A stretch of DNA of 64,000 nucleotides from the human T2T-CHM13v2.0 reference genome, Homo sapiens (GCF_009914755.1 NC_060933.1); one strand, 5' to 3'; counted from the first letter of the stretch, positions 14,720 through 45,024 are shown. Translations and numbers: made by a program. The notes: a model not told the origin generated them from the letters alone.

Positions 14720-15970
14720 TAGGATCCGCAATTTAGGTTTGGGATTGAAACTCCCCTCCCCTCACCCAGTATACCCTAGGACTAAAGGTGAATCCAGAAT
14801 CGACAGTACTCATGGGGACTAAAGGCCAGCTTCAAATAATCTCATTCCCTACGTAGATTAAGAAGACCTCAGATTGCCGGCACCTCTACTCTAGCTTACT
14901 TGCCATAATTAAAGATGAATCTTCTATGGAAGAAGAAAATATGCAGCTGAGTGCCGTGGCTTACACCTTTAATCCAAGTTCTTTGGGAGGCTGAGGAGGG
15001 AAGATTAATTGAGGCCAGGAGTTGGAGACCAGTCTGAGCAACATAGTGAGAGATCCCATATCTGCAAAAAATCTAAAAATTAGCTGGGCAAGGTGGTGTG
15101 CGCCTGCCATACTAGCTACTCTGGAGGCTGAGGTGGGAGGATTGTTTAAGCCCAGGCGTTTGAGGTTACAGTGAGCTATAATCACATCACTACACTTCAG
15201 CCTGGGTGACCAAGCAAGACCCTGTCTCTAAAGAAATTTTTTTAAAAATATAATATATCATCCAGTGCTTTAAATTATCCCTATAATTTTTGTATACAGT
15301 GACGAGCACTAGTACAAAGAGATTCGTTGTCTGAAAAACCAAGAAAATCAGCAAACAATAGAAATAGACCCACAGGAGATCTGACATTAAAACTATTTAA
15401 TATGTTCAAGGAATTATAAGATGGAGAAATTTAGCAGAGAACTAGAAGCTAAAAAAAGAAAACCCTAGAACTAAAAAGTACAGTAACTGATAAAAACTCA
15501 CTGGATGATTTAACAGCAAACTGGACACAGCTGAAGGATTTGTGAGCTTGAGAATAGATGAGAAAAAAATATACAGAATAAAGTTCAGATTTACCAAAAT
15601 GGGACATAGAGATTAAGATATGTCATAAGATACAGGGAAAAGATCTTATAAATATAAATGGAGTTTCAGAAAGATATTAAAGAGAATGAAGATAAATCAA
15701 TATTTGAACAGATAATGGATGACAATTTTAAAAATTAACAAAAGACATTGTAGATTCAAGAAAGGCTATACATCTCAAGCAAGAGAAAGACAAAAAAAGC
15801 AGGCCAGGCATGGTGGCGCACCCCTGTAATCCCAGCACTTATGGAGGCTGAGGTAGTTGGATCTCTTGAGCTCAGGAGTTTGAGACCAGCCCGGCCAACA
15901 TGGCAAAACCCTGACTCTACAAAAAAATTAGCCGGGTGTGGTGGCATGCGCCTGTGGTCCCAGCTACTCA

Positions 15971-16138
<168 letters not shown>

Positions 16139-17923
16139 CTACCAACTTCTTCAAAAACAAACAACAAAAAAAAGAAGAAAAAAAGACAGAAATATAAAGC
16201 CACACTTAGCTACAAGAGTAAAGCTGCTAAAACTAAAATAAAACATACATGCACAAAGACAAAGAAAATCTTAAAAGCAGCTAGAGGAAAGAGATAGATT
16301 ACTTTCAAAGGAGGCTCAAAAAGAGAGCTAAGTTCACTGCAGAAACAATGGAAGTCAAGAGACAAAGATATTTCCAGACAAATATTGAGAGAATTTGCCA
16401 CTATCAGATCTACACAGAAACAGGTAACAAAATTATTCTTTAGGAGGAAGGAAAAAGGTGGAAGATCAGAGGTACAGGAAAGAATGAAAAGAACAAAAAT
16501 AAATATGCGTGTAAATCAAAATGAATGTGAACTTTTTTTTCATTTTTTTAGACAGAGTCTCTCTCTGTCATCCAAGCTGGAGTGCAGTGGCATGAACACT
16601 GCTCACTGCAGCCTTGACTTCCTGGGCTCAAGTAATCCTCTTGCCTCTGCCTTTTGTGTAGCTGGGACCACAGGCACACGCCAGCATGGCTGGCTAATTT
16701 TTTTATTTTTTGTAGAGACAAGGGTCTCAGTTTGTTGTCCAGGCTGGGAATGGTATAAAACATGAAAAATTTTAGTAGAGCATTAAATTTATATATAATT
16801 ATATCTAAAAAATTAAATATTAGGATGGGATAAAGGAAGTTGAAGTGAGCTAAGGTTCTTGCATCATCCAGGAAGTAATAATTACGTACTTCACTTTAAA
16901 AAGTTGATGCATGATGTTAGCTCTTTAGGTATTCGCTAAAAGAAGAGTAAAAATATATTTAACATACTAAATAGCATATGGGGAGATATCAATAGCAAAT
17001 GTATATATATTCTTAGAGATGGGATCTTGCACTGTTGCCCAGGCTGGAGTTCATTGGTGCTGTCACAGCTCACGGCAACCTCCAACTCCTGGGCTCAAGC
17101 AATCCTCCCGCCTGTCTCCTGGGCAGCTAGGACTGCAGCCATAAGCCACTATGCCTGGCCATTTTATTTTTTTATAGAGATAGGGTCTCCACATGTTGTC
17201 CAGGCTGATCTCCAACTCCTGGCCACAAGCTATCCTCCTGCCTTGGACTCCTAAAACACTAGGATTACAGGCATGGGCCAATGTGCCTGGCCAAAAAAAT
17301 GTTTAAAGCAACTGAAAAGGGACATAGAACAGACAGGACAAATGGAAAGTAAATTCTCTGGTGACAGATTTCAACTCAAAGATTGCTAGTAGTTACATTA
17401 AATGTAATTTGACTGAGACAATGATTGTCAGATCAGATTTTTAAAAACTGCTTACAGAAGACATACCTGAAATGTAAGGATACACAAAGTTTTAAAGTAA
17501 AAGGATGTCAAGGCATACCACTGCTAGCATTAGCTAAATGAAAGTTGGTGTGTTATGTTAATATCAGACAACACAAAAAACAAATTCATACAATTTCCAA
17601 GCATTGAGATTAAGCAGTTTGTTTTTCAATGAAAGTTCAGGAAATAAATAACTAGAAAATCTCTTTATTTTTGGAAATGCTCTTTTAAATAACTTGTGAG
17701 TCAAAGAAGAAATCACAGTATAAATTATAAAATATTTGAAACTGAATGATGAAAACACTATCAAAATTTGTGCAATTGCAGCTGAAGCCATGTATAGAGG
17801 AAAATCTTAGATCCTTAAATGCAGATATTAGAAAAGAAGAAAGGCTGAATTGTCAATAAGCTAAGTAAGCATCCATCTCAAGAACTTTGAAACAGAACAA
17901 CAAATTATACCCAAAGAAGGTAA

Positions 17924-18289
<366 letters not shown>

Positions 18290-19215
18290 TGATCCGCCCG
18301 CCTCGGCCTCCTAAAGTGCTGGGGTTACAGGCGTGAGCCACCACGCCTGGCCTTCAATTTTTTTTTTAAGAGGCAGGGTCTTGCTGTGTTGCCAGGCTGA
18401 TCTCAAATTCCTGGGCTCAAGTGATCCTCCTGCCTCAGCCACCCAAAGTGCTGGAATTATAGGTGAGAGCCACTGTGTCTGGCCTTTAAAGTTTAAAAAT
18501 AGAAACAGAGGATATTGTGAACAACTTCATGCCAATAAAATTCTAAAGTTCAATGAAATAGGCTAATTCCTAGAAAAGTAGAAATTACCAAAACTGACAT
18601 TAGTAAAAGATTAGAAAGTAGTATCATAACCAATAATACTGCATCAGTAGTTAGGTCTAGATGGTTTTATAGACTAGCACTACCAAATTTACAAGAAATA
18701 AATAATCCCAATTTATATAAACTATTCCAGTGTATAAAATAACAAGAGCCAGTCTTAATTCATTCCATGATGTTAGCATACACTTTATACCAAAATCTGA
18801 CATGAATAGCACAAGAAAGCAAAATTACCATGCAATTTCGCTGAAGAATAAAGATAGAAAAATCATAAACAAAATATTAGCCAACTGAATCTAGCAATGA
18901 GGTAAAAATAAAAGACTGATTTGAAATTAGAAAGTAAATTAATGTAAATAACTACATTAATATATTAAAGGAAAAATATAGGAATATCTCAATAAATGCT
19001 GAAAAATCTCTTACACAGTTTGACATATATTCATGAAAAGAAAGCTTAGCAAAATTGAAACAGAACTTTCCTTAATCTAATAGTAGGAATCTGCCCAAAA
19101 AACCTACACCAAACATTGTACTTAATGATGAAATGTTGAATATATTCTTGAAGATCAGGAACAAGATGAGTGCCTGCTATTAACACTTCTATTCAACATT
19201 GTTCTGAAAGTCCTA

Positions 19216-19599
<384 letters not shown>

Positions 19600-19654
19600 T
19601 TATTATCAACCAAAAACCCCAAATAATAGAATAGTAAGATCGATTGATAAATAA

Positions 19655-20011
<357 letters not shown>

Positions 20012-20307
20012 TAAAAGAACATTTATTCAAATATAAAAAAAAATCAAGTGCCCAGGAATAAGTTCAACAGAAGGTAGGCATGGGCCATATGGAGGAAACT
20101 ATACAATTTTGTTGAGAGAATTACAGAAGATTTAAATAAATGGAGATAGATTATGTTAATGGATTGGAAGATTCCATATTGTAAAGACAGCAGTTCCATT
20201 ACAACTTTTTGGGCCACGCGCGATGGCTCACGCCTGTAATCCCAGCACTTTGGGAGGCTGAGGTGGGTGGATCACCTGAGGTAAGGAGTTAGAGACCAGC
20301 CTGGCTA

Positions 20308-20542
<235 letters not shown>

Positions 20543-20564
20543 TCAATTAACATCTGCACCTGGG

Positions 20565-20566
<2 letters not shown>

Positions 20567-20596
<30 letters not shown>
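20567..20596. repeat. (TG)n microsatellite
   Basis: Directly visible. Confidence 0.95.
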
Positions 20597-20599
<3 letters not shown>

Positions 20600-21225
20600 C
20601 ATAAATTGATATGTTGATTCTAATTGTATAAGGATGGTCAAAGATCCAAGATTTACTCAGATACTCTAAGAAAATCTTTAATGTGTGGGAAAATGTGCAT
20701 ATTACTGTATGAGGTAAATCAATATTGTATCATATAAATTCTACCTAAGTAATCTGTAAAGTCAGTGCATTTCAATAAAATTTCAACAAAATTTTTTAAC
20801 AGAACCTGACATGGTATATATAAAATTTACTTGAAGAGAAAGCATAGTATTAGCCAAGAAAAAGTGTCAGTAAAGCAAATGAGGGAGTCTTGCTTTGCCA
20901 CATAGCAAATATATCATAAGCCTTCTAGAAATTAAGATAGTGTGATGTTGCATAGAATACCAATATACAGTCGAAGAACAAAACTTGTATGTAGTGAAGA
21001 TGGCATTATAAACCAATGTAAATAAGATCAGCCTTGATATTGGGACAAATTGTGTACCAGCAATAAACAAAGCAATATGTATCTTTTAAAAAAATATGTA
21101 TATTTTAAAAGATACATATCATACCATGTACAAAAATATACTATAATTTGATTCAAACAAAGCAATAACTAACAGTTTTATAGATCCCTTTTATACAATG
21201 TTCAAGATTAAGAATCTCCCAGAGG

Positions 21226-22198
<973 letters not shown>

Positions 22199-23192
22199 AA
22201 GATTTCAACTTAATGGTTGTTTTTTAATCTCCCACTTTACCTAAAAAGTTTGTTCTGAATAGAAAAGTTTTTGGCTATTTATTCTATCTTATGTACGTTC
22301 ATCTTAGTTGTATAAAATACACAGGATTTCATTTGCTAGAAATGAAATGAATCTGAAAGAGCAGGGCCCACAAAAAACTTATACTTAATCAAAATAAATA
22401 AAATAAAATACAATAGATTTTCACAAATCAAAACAAGGTTTGTAAAAGGTTTATAAAAATATAACTTTGCAGTGGGGAAGGCCTGAAACAAGAGACAAAC
22501 CTAAAAAACCATGAAGGAAAAGACTGATAAGTTTGACTATGTTTAACTGCTCTGATAGGTTATATGCCAGATATTTTCCAGTACATTTTATTGACAGTGA
22601 TGAAGAAATATATAATTTGGTTGTATATGAATTTCCCGTAAGTTGTCTCATCAATGTACATTTTTTTGGCAACCACCTTTTTTATTTAAAAATATGTTTT
22701 GGAGTTCTTTCATATTCATATAAAGCTACCCCTTTTTAACTTCTCTACAGTATTTCAAAGTATTGTGTACTATGGCTTGTATAATCAATCACTCCCTGTG
22801 TCATGTACATTTAAGATACTTTGAATTTCTCCTTTTTACAATGAAGCATATCTTTATATGTCTCTTTGTATTTGTAAGTAATTAGTTCTCTAGATTAAAT
22901 TCCCAGAAAAAATTGCTGAGTCAAAACATATGCCCATTTTAAATTCTGATACTTTAGAGGTGCTGTGCAAACATAAGCTGTACCAGATTATACTCCACGA
23001 TAATGTATGAGAGTACCATTTCCTACTACTCTTGCCAACCACAGATAGTATCAATCTTTTAAACATTTGCTACTAACATGGGCAAAAAAAAAAAGTTATT
23101 TACCTATAGCTTGTGTAATTATAAATAAGTGAACATCAATAACCAGCGAATGCTAGAAAACTAAACAAGATAAATGTGTCATTTGCTTTCAG

Positions 23193-23306
23193 GTCAGTGC
23201 TGACAGTTGCTTGTGAACAAACTGAAGTTCTGCTTTTTGACCCTATATCTTCAAAGCACATAAAAACACTTTCTGAAGCTCATGAAGACTGTGTAAATAA
23301 TATCAG
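23193..23306 (+). CDS. DCAF10: DCAF10 coding exon 2 (114 nt)
   Basis: ttgctttcag| acceptor and AG|gttagt donor; continues frame as (G)SVLTVACEQTEVLLFDPISSKHIKTLSEAHEDCVNNI(R), WD40-like; phase 2-2. Confidence 0.95.
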
Positions 23307-25366
23307 GTTAGTATTATAGTGAAAAAGTGAACTTTATCAGTGTGGCCCAAAATGTTCTGTTTTGGAAGTTAGTGAAAATGAAAATGTTTAATGCCTTATC
23401 CAGCACTGCTAGATGATCCACATTGTGAATTGTGAATCTAATCCCTTATAAAACTAATCCTTTAATTACAAAACTTACTCTTAGCTATGTTGGATTGGAA
23501 TGTTTCTGAAATACATTTCTAACTTCTATATAATTTTACCTTTTCATATATTAGGGTCATCATTATGAACCTCAGCCATGTATTATGCTAGTCCTGTAAT
23601 GCCTTTGTGCTAATGATTTGTGTAGAATGATGGCAGTCCCATTGCTTAGCACCTCTCACTTCCACCCTACCACTCTCTGCAGAAATACAGACTGTTAAGA
23701 GGAAAAAGTACATGCACAGACAATTTCTCTGTAGCATCATTGGAAGCTCCTTAATTTTCAATAATGTGGGAAGTGAATTATAATTGAGTAGTTTGGTGAT
23801 TAATATTCAGTCATTAAAATGATGGTCATAGAGACTACATAGCAACATAGACAAATGCTTCGCATAATACAGGGTAAAATTGTGATAAGAATTATACAAA
23901 TAGATGATACAGAAGAAAAAGATTAAAAGGAAATATTTTAAAATTCTAACAGTAGTTAAAATGGATGGATTATAAGTAATTTTCTATTTTTTCTATGTAA
24001 TGAGATTATATTACTTTTATAATTATTACTTTTAATTTTCTAAAAAAAGAAATAGGTAAATTACTAGTCAACGTAACATACTGGGTGTTTTGATGTAACT
24101 CCTATGCTCAAAACACATAGAACAATAAATTAAATAGTACAAAAAGTATAGCCAGGTTCTGAAACAACATAAACATCTTTGTGGGCCAGAAATGAAACAT
24201 GGACACAAAGTTTTAAACGGGGCTGAAACCACAGACCAGCTGGCTTTCAGTCTAGCACTGACAGCTAGTAGTTTTGCTCCTGTCAGGTAAAAGGATTAAG
24301 AAGTGCTTAAGTGTTTCATGCGAGGCAGGAACCAGAGCCAGAATCACTACATGAAGTCCGGGGTTTGGTTAAAATATCTGTCTTATTTATGAAAGGCTGA
24401 AAAGAGAAAAGAGCTATTCACTACCCGAGACTATAAGTTTTAGCTGATAAAAACACAGCCTCATCAATAGCTATTGAATGAAGCCACTTGCTGAGTCAGT
24501 AACTGAATGTCTATGTATGATATTTCCAGTATCATGATTAAAATGGAGCCCCGAAATGTCATTATAAGGCCTAGTTGTGGACTGGGGGCCCAGATGGCCA
24601 AGTGGGAGCAACTCTGAAACCATTAAATAGGAGGAGAGAGAGAAATTAAAAACCTTTTCTATTCAAAAGAAACCTATAACCCAAATTCTAAAATTTATAA
24701 AGACATATAATATTAATATAACAAAATCAGCCACCAAAACATTCATTTCTCTGGATGAAATTAATTTTATGGAGCAGTTCAACAAAGACTTTATTTTAAA
24801 AAATAAATTATGTATTTATTTTTGACTAGTAATAGATGCATGTAGTACAAAATTCAAAGGTACAAAAAGGGTAAACAGTGAAAAGTAAGTCTATCTCCAC
24901 CTCTTTCACCTAGCCACCCAGTTTCCCTCCCCAAAGGCAACCACTGTTACCCATTTCTTGCTATCCTTTCTAAGATAATTGTTGCATATACAAACATATA
25001 TATATATATACACACACACACACTCACACATATGTACATTTTTATATAAATGGTAGCATTTACACATATTATTATTTACCTTGCCTTTTTCACTTAATAA
25101 CATGTTTAGAGATCATTTGATATTAATACCCATGGGATTACCTTATTCTTTTTAATAGCTGCATGGTATTCCAATGATTGGGAGAAACTTTTAAGCCTTT
25201 AACTTTTGCTTTTAACTTTAACTTTTAAGGATGCTCAGAGAAATAAATTAAGGGATACGTTCCAATTAAAGAGAGCTTAAAAACTGAAACAAAAGAGATT
25301 GAACAAGAAGAAGTCAATGTAGTAGAGAACTAGCTAGAACTCTTAGAAATTAAAAATGTCAAGCTG

Positions 25367-26306
25367 CCCAGAAATAAATCCAAATACTTACAGCCAACTG
25401 ATCTTGGACAAAGCAAACAAAAACATAAAGTGGGGAAAGGACACCCTTTTCAACAAATGGTGCTAGGATAATTGGCTAGCCACATGTAGGAGAATGTAAC
25501 TGGATTCTCATCTCTCACTTTATACAAAAATCAGCTCAAGATGGATTAAGGACTTAAACCTAAGACCTGAAACTATAATAAAAAAAACCCTTCTAGACAT
25601 TGGCTTAGGCAAGGATTTCATGACCAAAACCCCAAAAGCAATTGCAATAAAGATAAAGATAAATAGCTGGGACCTAATTAAACTAAAGAGATTTGGCATG
25701 GCGAAAGGAACAGTTGGCAGAATAAACAGACAACCCACAGAGTGGGAGAAAATCTTCGCAATCTATACATCTGACAAAGGACTAATATCCAGAATCTACA
25801 ACAAACTCAAATCAGTAAAAAAAAAACAACAATCAATCCCATTAAAAAATTGGGCTAAGGAAATGAATAGATAATTCTCAGAAGAATAATTCTTCATATG
25901 ACCAACAAACATATGAAAAAATGCTGAACATCACTAATGATCAGGGAAATGCAAATCAAAACCATAATGCGATACCGCCTTACTCCTGTAAGAATGGCCA
26001 TAATCAAAAAATCAAAAAACAGTAGATGCTGGTGTGGATGTGGTGATCAGGAACACTTCTACACTGCTGGTGGGAATGTAAACTAGTACAGCCGCTATGG
26101 AAAACAGTGTGGAGATTCCTTAAAGAACTAAAAGTAGAACTACCATTTGATCCAGCAATTCCACTACTGGGTATCTACCCAGAGGAAAAGAAGTCATTAT
26201 TTGAAAAAGATACTTGCACACGCATGTTTATAGCAGCACAATTCACAATAGCCAAATCGTGGAACCAACCCAAATGCCCATTAATCAATGAATGGATAAA
26301 GAAACT

Positions 26307-26352
<46 letters not shown>

Positions 26353-26720
26353 AATATTACTCAGCCATAAAAAGGAATGAATTAACAGCATTTGCAATGA
26401 CCTGGATGAGATTGGAGACTATTATTTTAAGTGAAGTAACTCAGGAATGGAAAACCAAACATCATAGGTTCCCACTGATATGTGGGACCTAAGCTATGAG
26501 GACATAAAGGCATAAGAATGATACAATAGACTTTGGGGACTTAAGGGGAAGAGTGGGAGGTTGGGCAAAGGACAAAAGACAACAAATATGGTGCAGTGTA
26601 TACTGCTTGGGTGATGGGTGCACCAGGGTCTCACAAATTCCCACTAAAGAACTTACTCATGTAACCGAATACCACCTGTATTCCAATAACTTATGGAAAA
26701 ATAAAATAAAACTAAAAAAA
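25367..26720 (+). mobile_element. 5'-truncated L1PB1-like element (ORF2 3' end plus 3'UTR)
   Basis: ORF2 C-terminal peptides ([24 protein letters not shown]), L1PB-type 3'UTR, internal (TA)n, TSD aaaaa(t/a)gtcaagctg at 25352-25366 and 26716-26730. Confidence 0.85.
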
Positions 26721-27546
26721 AGTCAAGCTGGGCTTGGTGTCTTGCACCTGTAATCCCAGCAACTTGAGAGGCTGAGGCAGGAGGATCACTTGAGCCCAGG
26801 AGTTCAAGGCAGCAGTGAGCTATGATTGCACCACTGCTCTCAGCCTAGGTGACAGAGCAAGACTCTATCCTTATAAAAAGAAAGAAAAAGAAATTATGTA
26901 GTTGGTATATAAAAAACTCAATAGATGGGATAAACTTTACCTTTTACACTATTGATAAATGAATTAATGAGTTAGAATATAGCACTTAAAATTCACACAG
27001 AACACATAAAAAAGGTTAAAATATGAAAAAGTAGTTGAAAGACAGGATTAATTGAGAGATTACAGTGTATAGTTATAGAAAAATATTGGTAGAAAACTAA
27101 ATTTTTGAAGATAACAATGGCTGAGAATTTTTAGCGCTGAAGGGCCTGAGACATCAAATCAAAAGTGAACTTTATAGTGTTTGCAGTTTAAATAAAGATA
27201 AATCTGCATCTAGACAGGTTGTGGTGAAACTCTAGAATACCAAAAGTCAAGAGAAAATCTTAGAAGCCACCAAAGTTAGAAGCCAGATTACCTACAGAAG
27301 TACAATAATTACAGAAACAGGTTTCTCATTAGCAATAGTTGATATCAGGAGAAAATGGAGTAATATTAATATCTTCAATATGAAGGTAAAATAATGTTCA
27401 ATACCATGTTATGTCCAGGGAAACTGTTAATCCAGACTAAAGAATTGTAATTAGGTAAAATGTTAACTGTTATTAAGAGAAAAGAATTTAGGAGTTTTTT
27501 TGGCGGGGGGTACATGTAAAACAAAATAAAAACTAAAACTCTAAAT

Positions 27547-28180
<634 letters not shown>

Positions 28181-28967
28181 AGATAGTAACAACAAATAGA
28201 TTGTATGCACGGGGGAGTTTTGTTAAGTGGGAAGGTATAATATGTTAAGGCCCTCTTCATGTTCAAGAGGAAGATAAAAATATTAAGTAATTCAGACTCT
28301 TCTAGCAAAATGTATAATTAAATATATGTAATGAAAAAAACTGAAAAGATTTAACTAAAATAATGGAAATACAAACCATTATAGCTCTCAAAGCAGCAGA
28401 AGGGCAAAAGAGAATATTGAAAACTTAATCAGTTCAGTAAAAGGATAGTTTAAAAAAGTAAAAAAAAAAAATTTAAATGAAGAAAAGGGATGATAAATAG
28501 AATATAGAAAATGAGAAGTAGAAAGAGTTCCAAATATATGAGTAGTTCAAAGTAAATATAGATTAATTTTCTTTGTTAAGAGTCAACAATTTGAATAAAA
28601 AGCCAAATTATTTATCTGTTGCTCTATCGATATATGTTTAGCAATGCCAAAAATAAAACCACTGAGAAATGGGAAAAGAAAACTGATAGAAATTATCAAT
28701 ATCAGACAGATGAAAGACCAAGGGCTTTAATAAAGATAAAATGAAACAGTACACATTAATAAAAGGAAAAGTCTACCAAGAAGATATAATAATTATGAAC
28801 TTGAATGCACCTTAAATATAGCCTTAAAATACACAAAGCAAAAACAGAATTATAAAGAATTAGAAGTCTACAATTATAGTGAGATATTTTAATACAGGTG
28901 TGTCCAAAACTGATAAATCAAGCAGATAAAAATTAGGCAGTAGAAGATTTTAAAATATCCTGAACAA

Positions 28968-29826
<859 letters not shown>

Positions 29827-30676
29827 CTACCCAGGAGGCTGAGGCAGGAGAATCGCTGGAACCCAGGAGGTGGCGGCTGTAGTGAGCCGAGATCGCGTCA
29901 CTGCACACCAGCCTGAGCGACAGAGCGAGACTCCATCTTAAAAGAAAAAAAAAAAAGTTTAAAAAAGTGGTATATTTCTTTAAAAAAAAAAAAGGCAATA
30001 TGAACAGAGTTAATGCATAGCTGAACAAATGAGAAAAGGTATTTCAATGTTAAAAGCTGACAAGGGATTAATGCCCAGAATATACAAGGGACTCCTGCAA
30101 ATAAAAATCAGGAGGGCAACCCCAGTAGAAAAATGAGCAAAGGATATGGACAAACAATTGATAGAAAGGAAACCCCTACAGCTATTATGCATGTAAAGAG
30201 AAGCTTAAAGTTATTAGTAATCACACAAATGAGAATTAGAACAAAATGGCACTTTACATCTACTGGACTGCAAAAATTTAAAAGCTGGATAAGCCAAATG
30301 TTGGCATAGATGGGTTCTGTATCTTGATGGCTGATGGGGTGTGGATGCTATAGCCTTTCTGGAAGGATCTAGGGCTACTAATGCTATGACCCAGCAGTTA
30401 TGCTGCTTAGTATATAGTCCAGAGACATTCTCATAGGATCCACAAGAGCCCACAGGTTTGAGGTTGTTTGGTGTGGTGTATGTACGTGGGAGAGCACTGG
30501 AGCCAACTGAGTGCCCACCATCAATGAGAGAATGCACAGGTGAAATGTGGCAGATGACACCAGGGTGATGTTCGGCAATGGGAACCCAGATTAGATAATG
30601 CCTGTGCCACATGTATGAGATTTCAGAACCTAGCAGTTTTTTAGAGAGAAAAAATAGTAAGAAGCAGAATATGTAA

Positions 30677-39664
<8,988 letters not shown>

Positions 39665-39726
39665 CATTATCAGTAAAGGTAAATCTATAAGGGAAAGATG
39701 GACTTGACAATATAAGAATTAAAATT

Positions 39727-41762
<2,036 letters not shown>

Positions 41763-42921
41763 AAGAATTAAAATTTTGATTAGCTGGGCATGGTGGCATG
41801 TGCCCATAGTCCCAGCTACTCAGGAGGCTGAGACAAGGAGGGTTGCTTGAGCCTGGGAGGTCAAGGCTGCAGTGAGCCATAATCATCACTGCACTCCAGC
41901 CCAGGCAACAGAGCAAGACCCTGTCTCAAGAAAAAAAAAAATTAAAATTTTGATATGGGAAGAAAACATAAACCATATAAAAGATAGAAATATGTGGAAA
42001 ATATATGCAATGCACAGTGTTTGAAAAACGGATATATTATCTTTAAAGATTTTTTTTACAACTCAGTAATTAAAATAATACTGCAGTTGTAAAATCAGCA
42101 AGGAACATGAACAGCAAAGAAATATATTTTTCTAATAAATGTGAAAAAGTTTCAACTTTACTAAACATAAAAGTTTCAACTTAAAACAAGATGATTTTTT
42201 TCCTAGCACTTAGGAGAAAGTTTTTTTAAAGACCTATGTGGCAAGGATTTGGGAAAATGGACACTCTCCTAACTGCTGATGCAACTCCATATTGGTATGA
42301 TTTTTTGGAGAACAATTTGGCTACATTAAAAAAAACTTACATTAAAAAAATCTCATTTTACTTAGCAATATGTTTTTCTGGAAATATACTTAGAGAAATA
42401 CATAGGGATGTGATTAATATTTGGCTGTAAGTATGCTCATCTTAGTGTTTTTTAGTAGTAAAAAATTGTAAGCAATCCAAACACCCAAAAATTGCATATT
42501 CATTTTAAAAAGAAGCCGGGCACAGTGGCTCACTCCTGTAATCCCAGCACTTTGGGAGGCCGAGGCAGGCAGATCACCTGAGGGTCAGGAGTTTGTGACC
42601 AGCCTGGCCAACCTGACAAAACCTGTCTCTACTAAAAATACAAAAATTAGCTGGGCATCGCAGCGGGCACCTGTAATCCCAGCTACTCTGGAGGCTGAGG
42701 CATGAGAATCACTTGAATGTAGGAGGTAGAGGTTGCAGTGAGCACCTGGGGGATAAAGCGTGACTCTGTCTCCAAAAAAAAAAAAATTAAAAAGAAAAAA
42801 GGTTTCAGTTCTTCATACAGTGAACACTATTCAGCCATTAAACATGATTTTGTTAATAAACCTTTAATAATGGCAATATGTTTTTGAGATAATATTAGGT
42901 TTAAAACAGAAATTAAGCTAA

Positions 42922-43185
<264 letters not shown>

Positions 43186-44019
43186 TGAACTCCTGACCTT
43201 GTGATCCACCCGCCTCAGCCTCTCAAAGTGCTGGGATTACAGGCGTGAGCCACTGCGCCCAGCCGATTTTTTTTCATTAAAAATATTTTCAGTAGAAATG
43301 TTTTTTGTTATCGTTATTTTTAAAATAAGAGATGGGGTTTCGTCATGTTGCCCAGGCTGGTCTCAAACTCCTGAGCTCAAGTGATCCATCCATCTTGGCC
43401 TTCCAAAATGTTGGGATTATAGGTATGAGCTACCACGCTTGGCCAGGAAATGTATTTTTATAATTAAAAAATAGTTACTGGTAATCACCATAGAATAAAT
43501 CCATAATGTATTCCCTAGTCATCTCTACTTTCCCACACACAGCACTCCTAACTGCTGCTTCTCAGAGGGCACCATCCGCTCACATGCCTGTGTATCTTTG
43601 CTTAGTAACCCTGACCACTTAGGGAGTTCCTGCTCATCTTTTATTCAGTTCAAATGATAACATCATGAAGTCTTTCCCAGCCACCCTCTTTGCTTATTCC
43701 ACACAATTATTTCGTGTAATTATGTACTTACAGTGTCTTTTCTGCTAGGCAGTGAACTTCTCTTTCATTTATTTTGTAAGTATTTGTTGAGTGCATATGT
43801 GTCTGGCACCATGTGTATTGTATACTGCAGATCTAACCATGACCCTAGGCAGACAGGTTCCTTCTGTCTTCAGGGAGTTTACAGTAAAGTTGTTCCTTAC
43901 AGTATAATATTAAGTATTATGATAGAAGCTCCCAGAATGCTTTGGGAGCTCAGAGAATTGGTAGGTCTACCAGGCTGGTTAAACAAGGAAGGCTTCCTGG
44001 AGGGCATAACAGCTGAATA

Positions 44020-45024
44020 CAGTTATATGCCACATAACAACATTTCAGTGAGTGACACCATATACAACAGTGGTTCCAGAAGATTATAATGGAGCTGAAA
44101 AATTCCTATTGCCTAATACTTACTATGTTATACTTATTATTGTTATTTTAGAATGTACTCCTACTTAAAAAAAAATTAAACTGTAAAACAGCCTCAGGGA
44201 GGTTCTTCAGGAGGTATTCCAGGAGAAGCCATTGTTATCAGGAGATGACAGCTCTGTTCCTGTTATTGCCCCTGGAGGCCTTCCAGTGGGGCAAGATGTG
44301 GAGATGGAAGACAGTGATATTGATGATTTTTACCCTGTGTAGAACTAGGCTAATGTGTGTCTTTGTTTTTAACAAAAAAGTTTAAAAAGTAAACATTTTA
44401 ATAGAAAAAAGTTAATAAAATAAGGCTATAAAGAAAGAAAATATTTTTGTACAGTTGTACAATGTGTTTGTGTTTAAGCTGTTATTACAAAAGAGTCAAA
44501 AGTTTAAAAAATTAAAAATTCATGAAGTAAAAAAAGTTATAGTAATCGAAGGTTAATTTATTACTGATGAAAAATTTTTAAATTAATTTAGTGTAGCCTA
44601 AGTGTACAGTCTTTATAATGTCTACAGTAATGGACAGTAATGCCCTAGGCCTTCACACTGACTCACCCCTCACTCACTGACTCACCCAGAGCAACTCCCA
44701 CGCCTGCAAGCTCCATTCATGGTAAGTGCCCTATACAGGCGTAACATTTTAAATCTTTTATACAGTACTTTTACTGTATTTTTTCTATCTTTCAATATAC
44801 AAATACTTACGATTGTGTTACAGTTGCCTACAGTATTTAGTATGGTAACATGCTGTGCACATTTGTAGCCTATGAGTGATAGGCTATATACCATATATAC
44901 CATATAACCTCAGTGTGTACCATCTAGGTTTGTGTAAGTTCATTCTATGATGTTCACACAACAACAAAATCACCTAAGGACACATTTCTCAGAATGTATT
45001 CCATCATTAAGTGACACATGATGG
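44020..45024. mobile_element. Tigger3/Golem-type DNA transposon inserted in an L2
   Basis: Degenerate terminal inverted repeats (cagttatatgccacataac / ttaagtgacacatgatgg) with TA on both sides; Tigger3 internal motif agattataatggagctgaaaaattcctattgcc. Confidence 0.8.

Noticed and set aside
25620-26492. L1 ORF2-like peptides
   Set aside because: Fragmented 3' end of a dead, 5'-truncated L1PB; not an intact retrotransposon.
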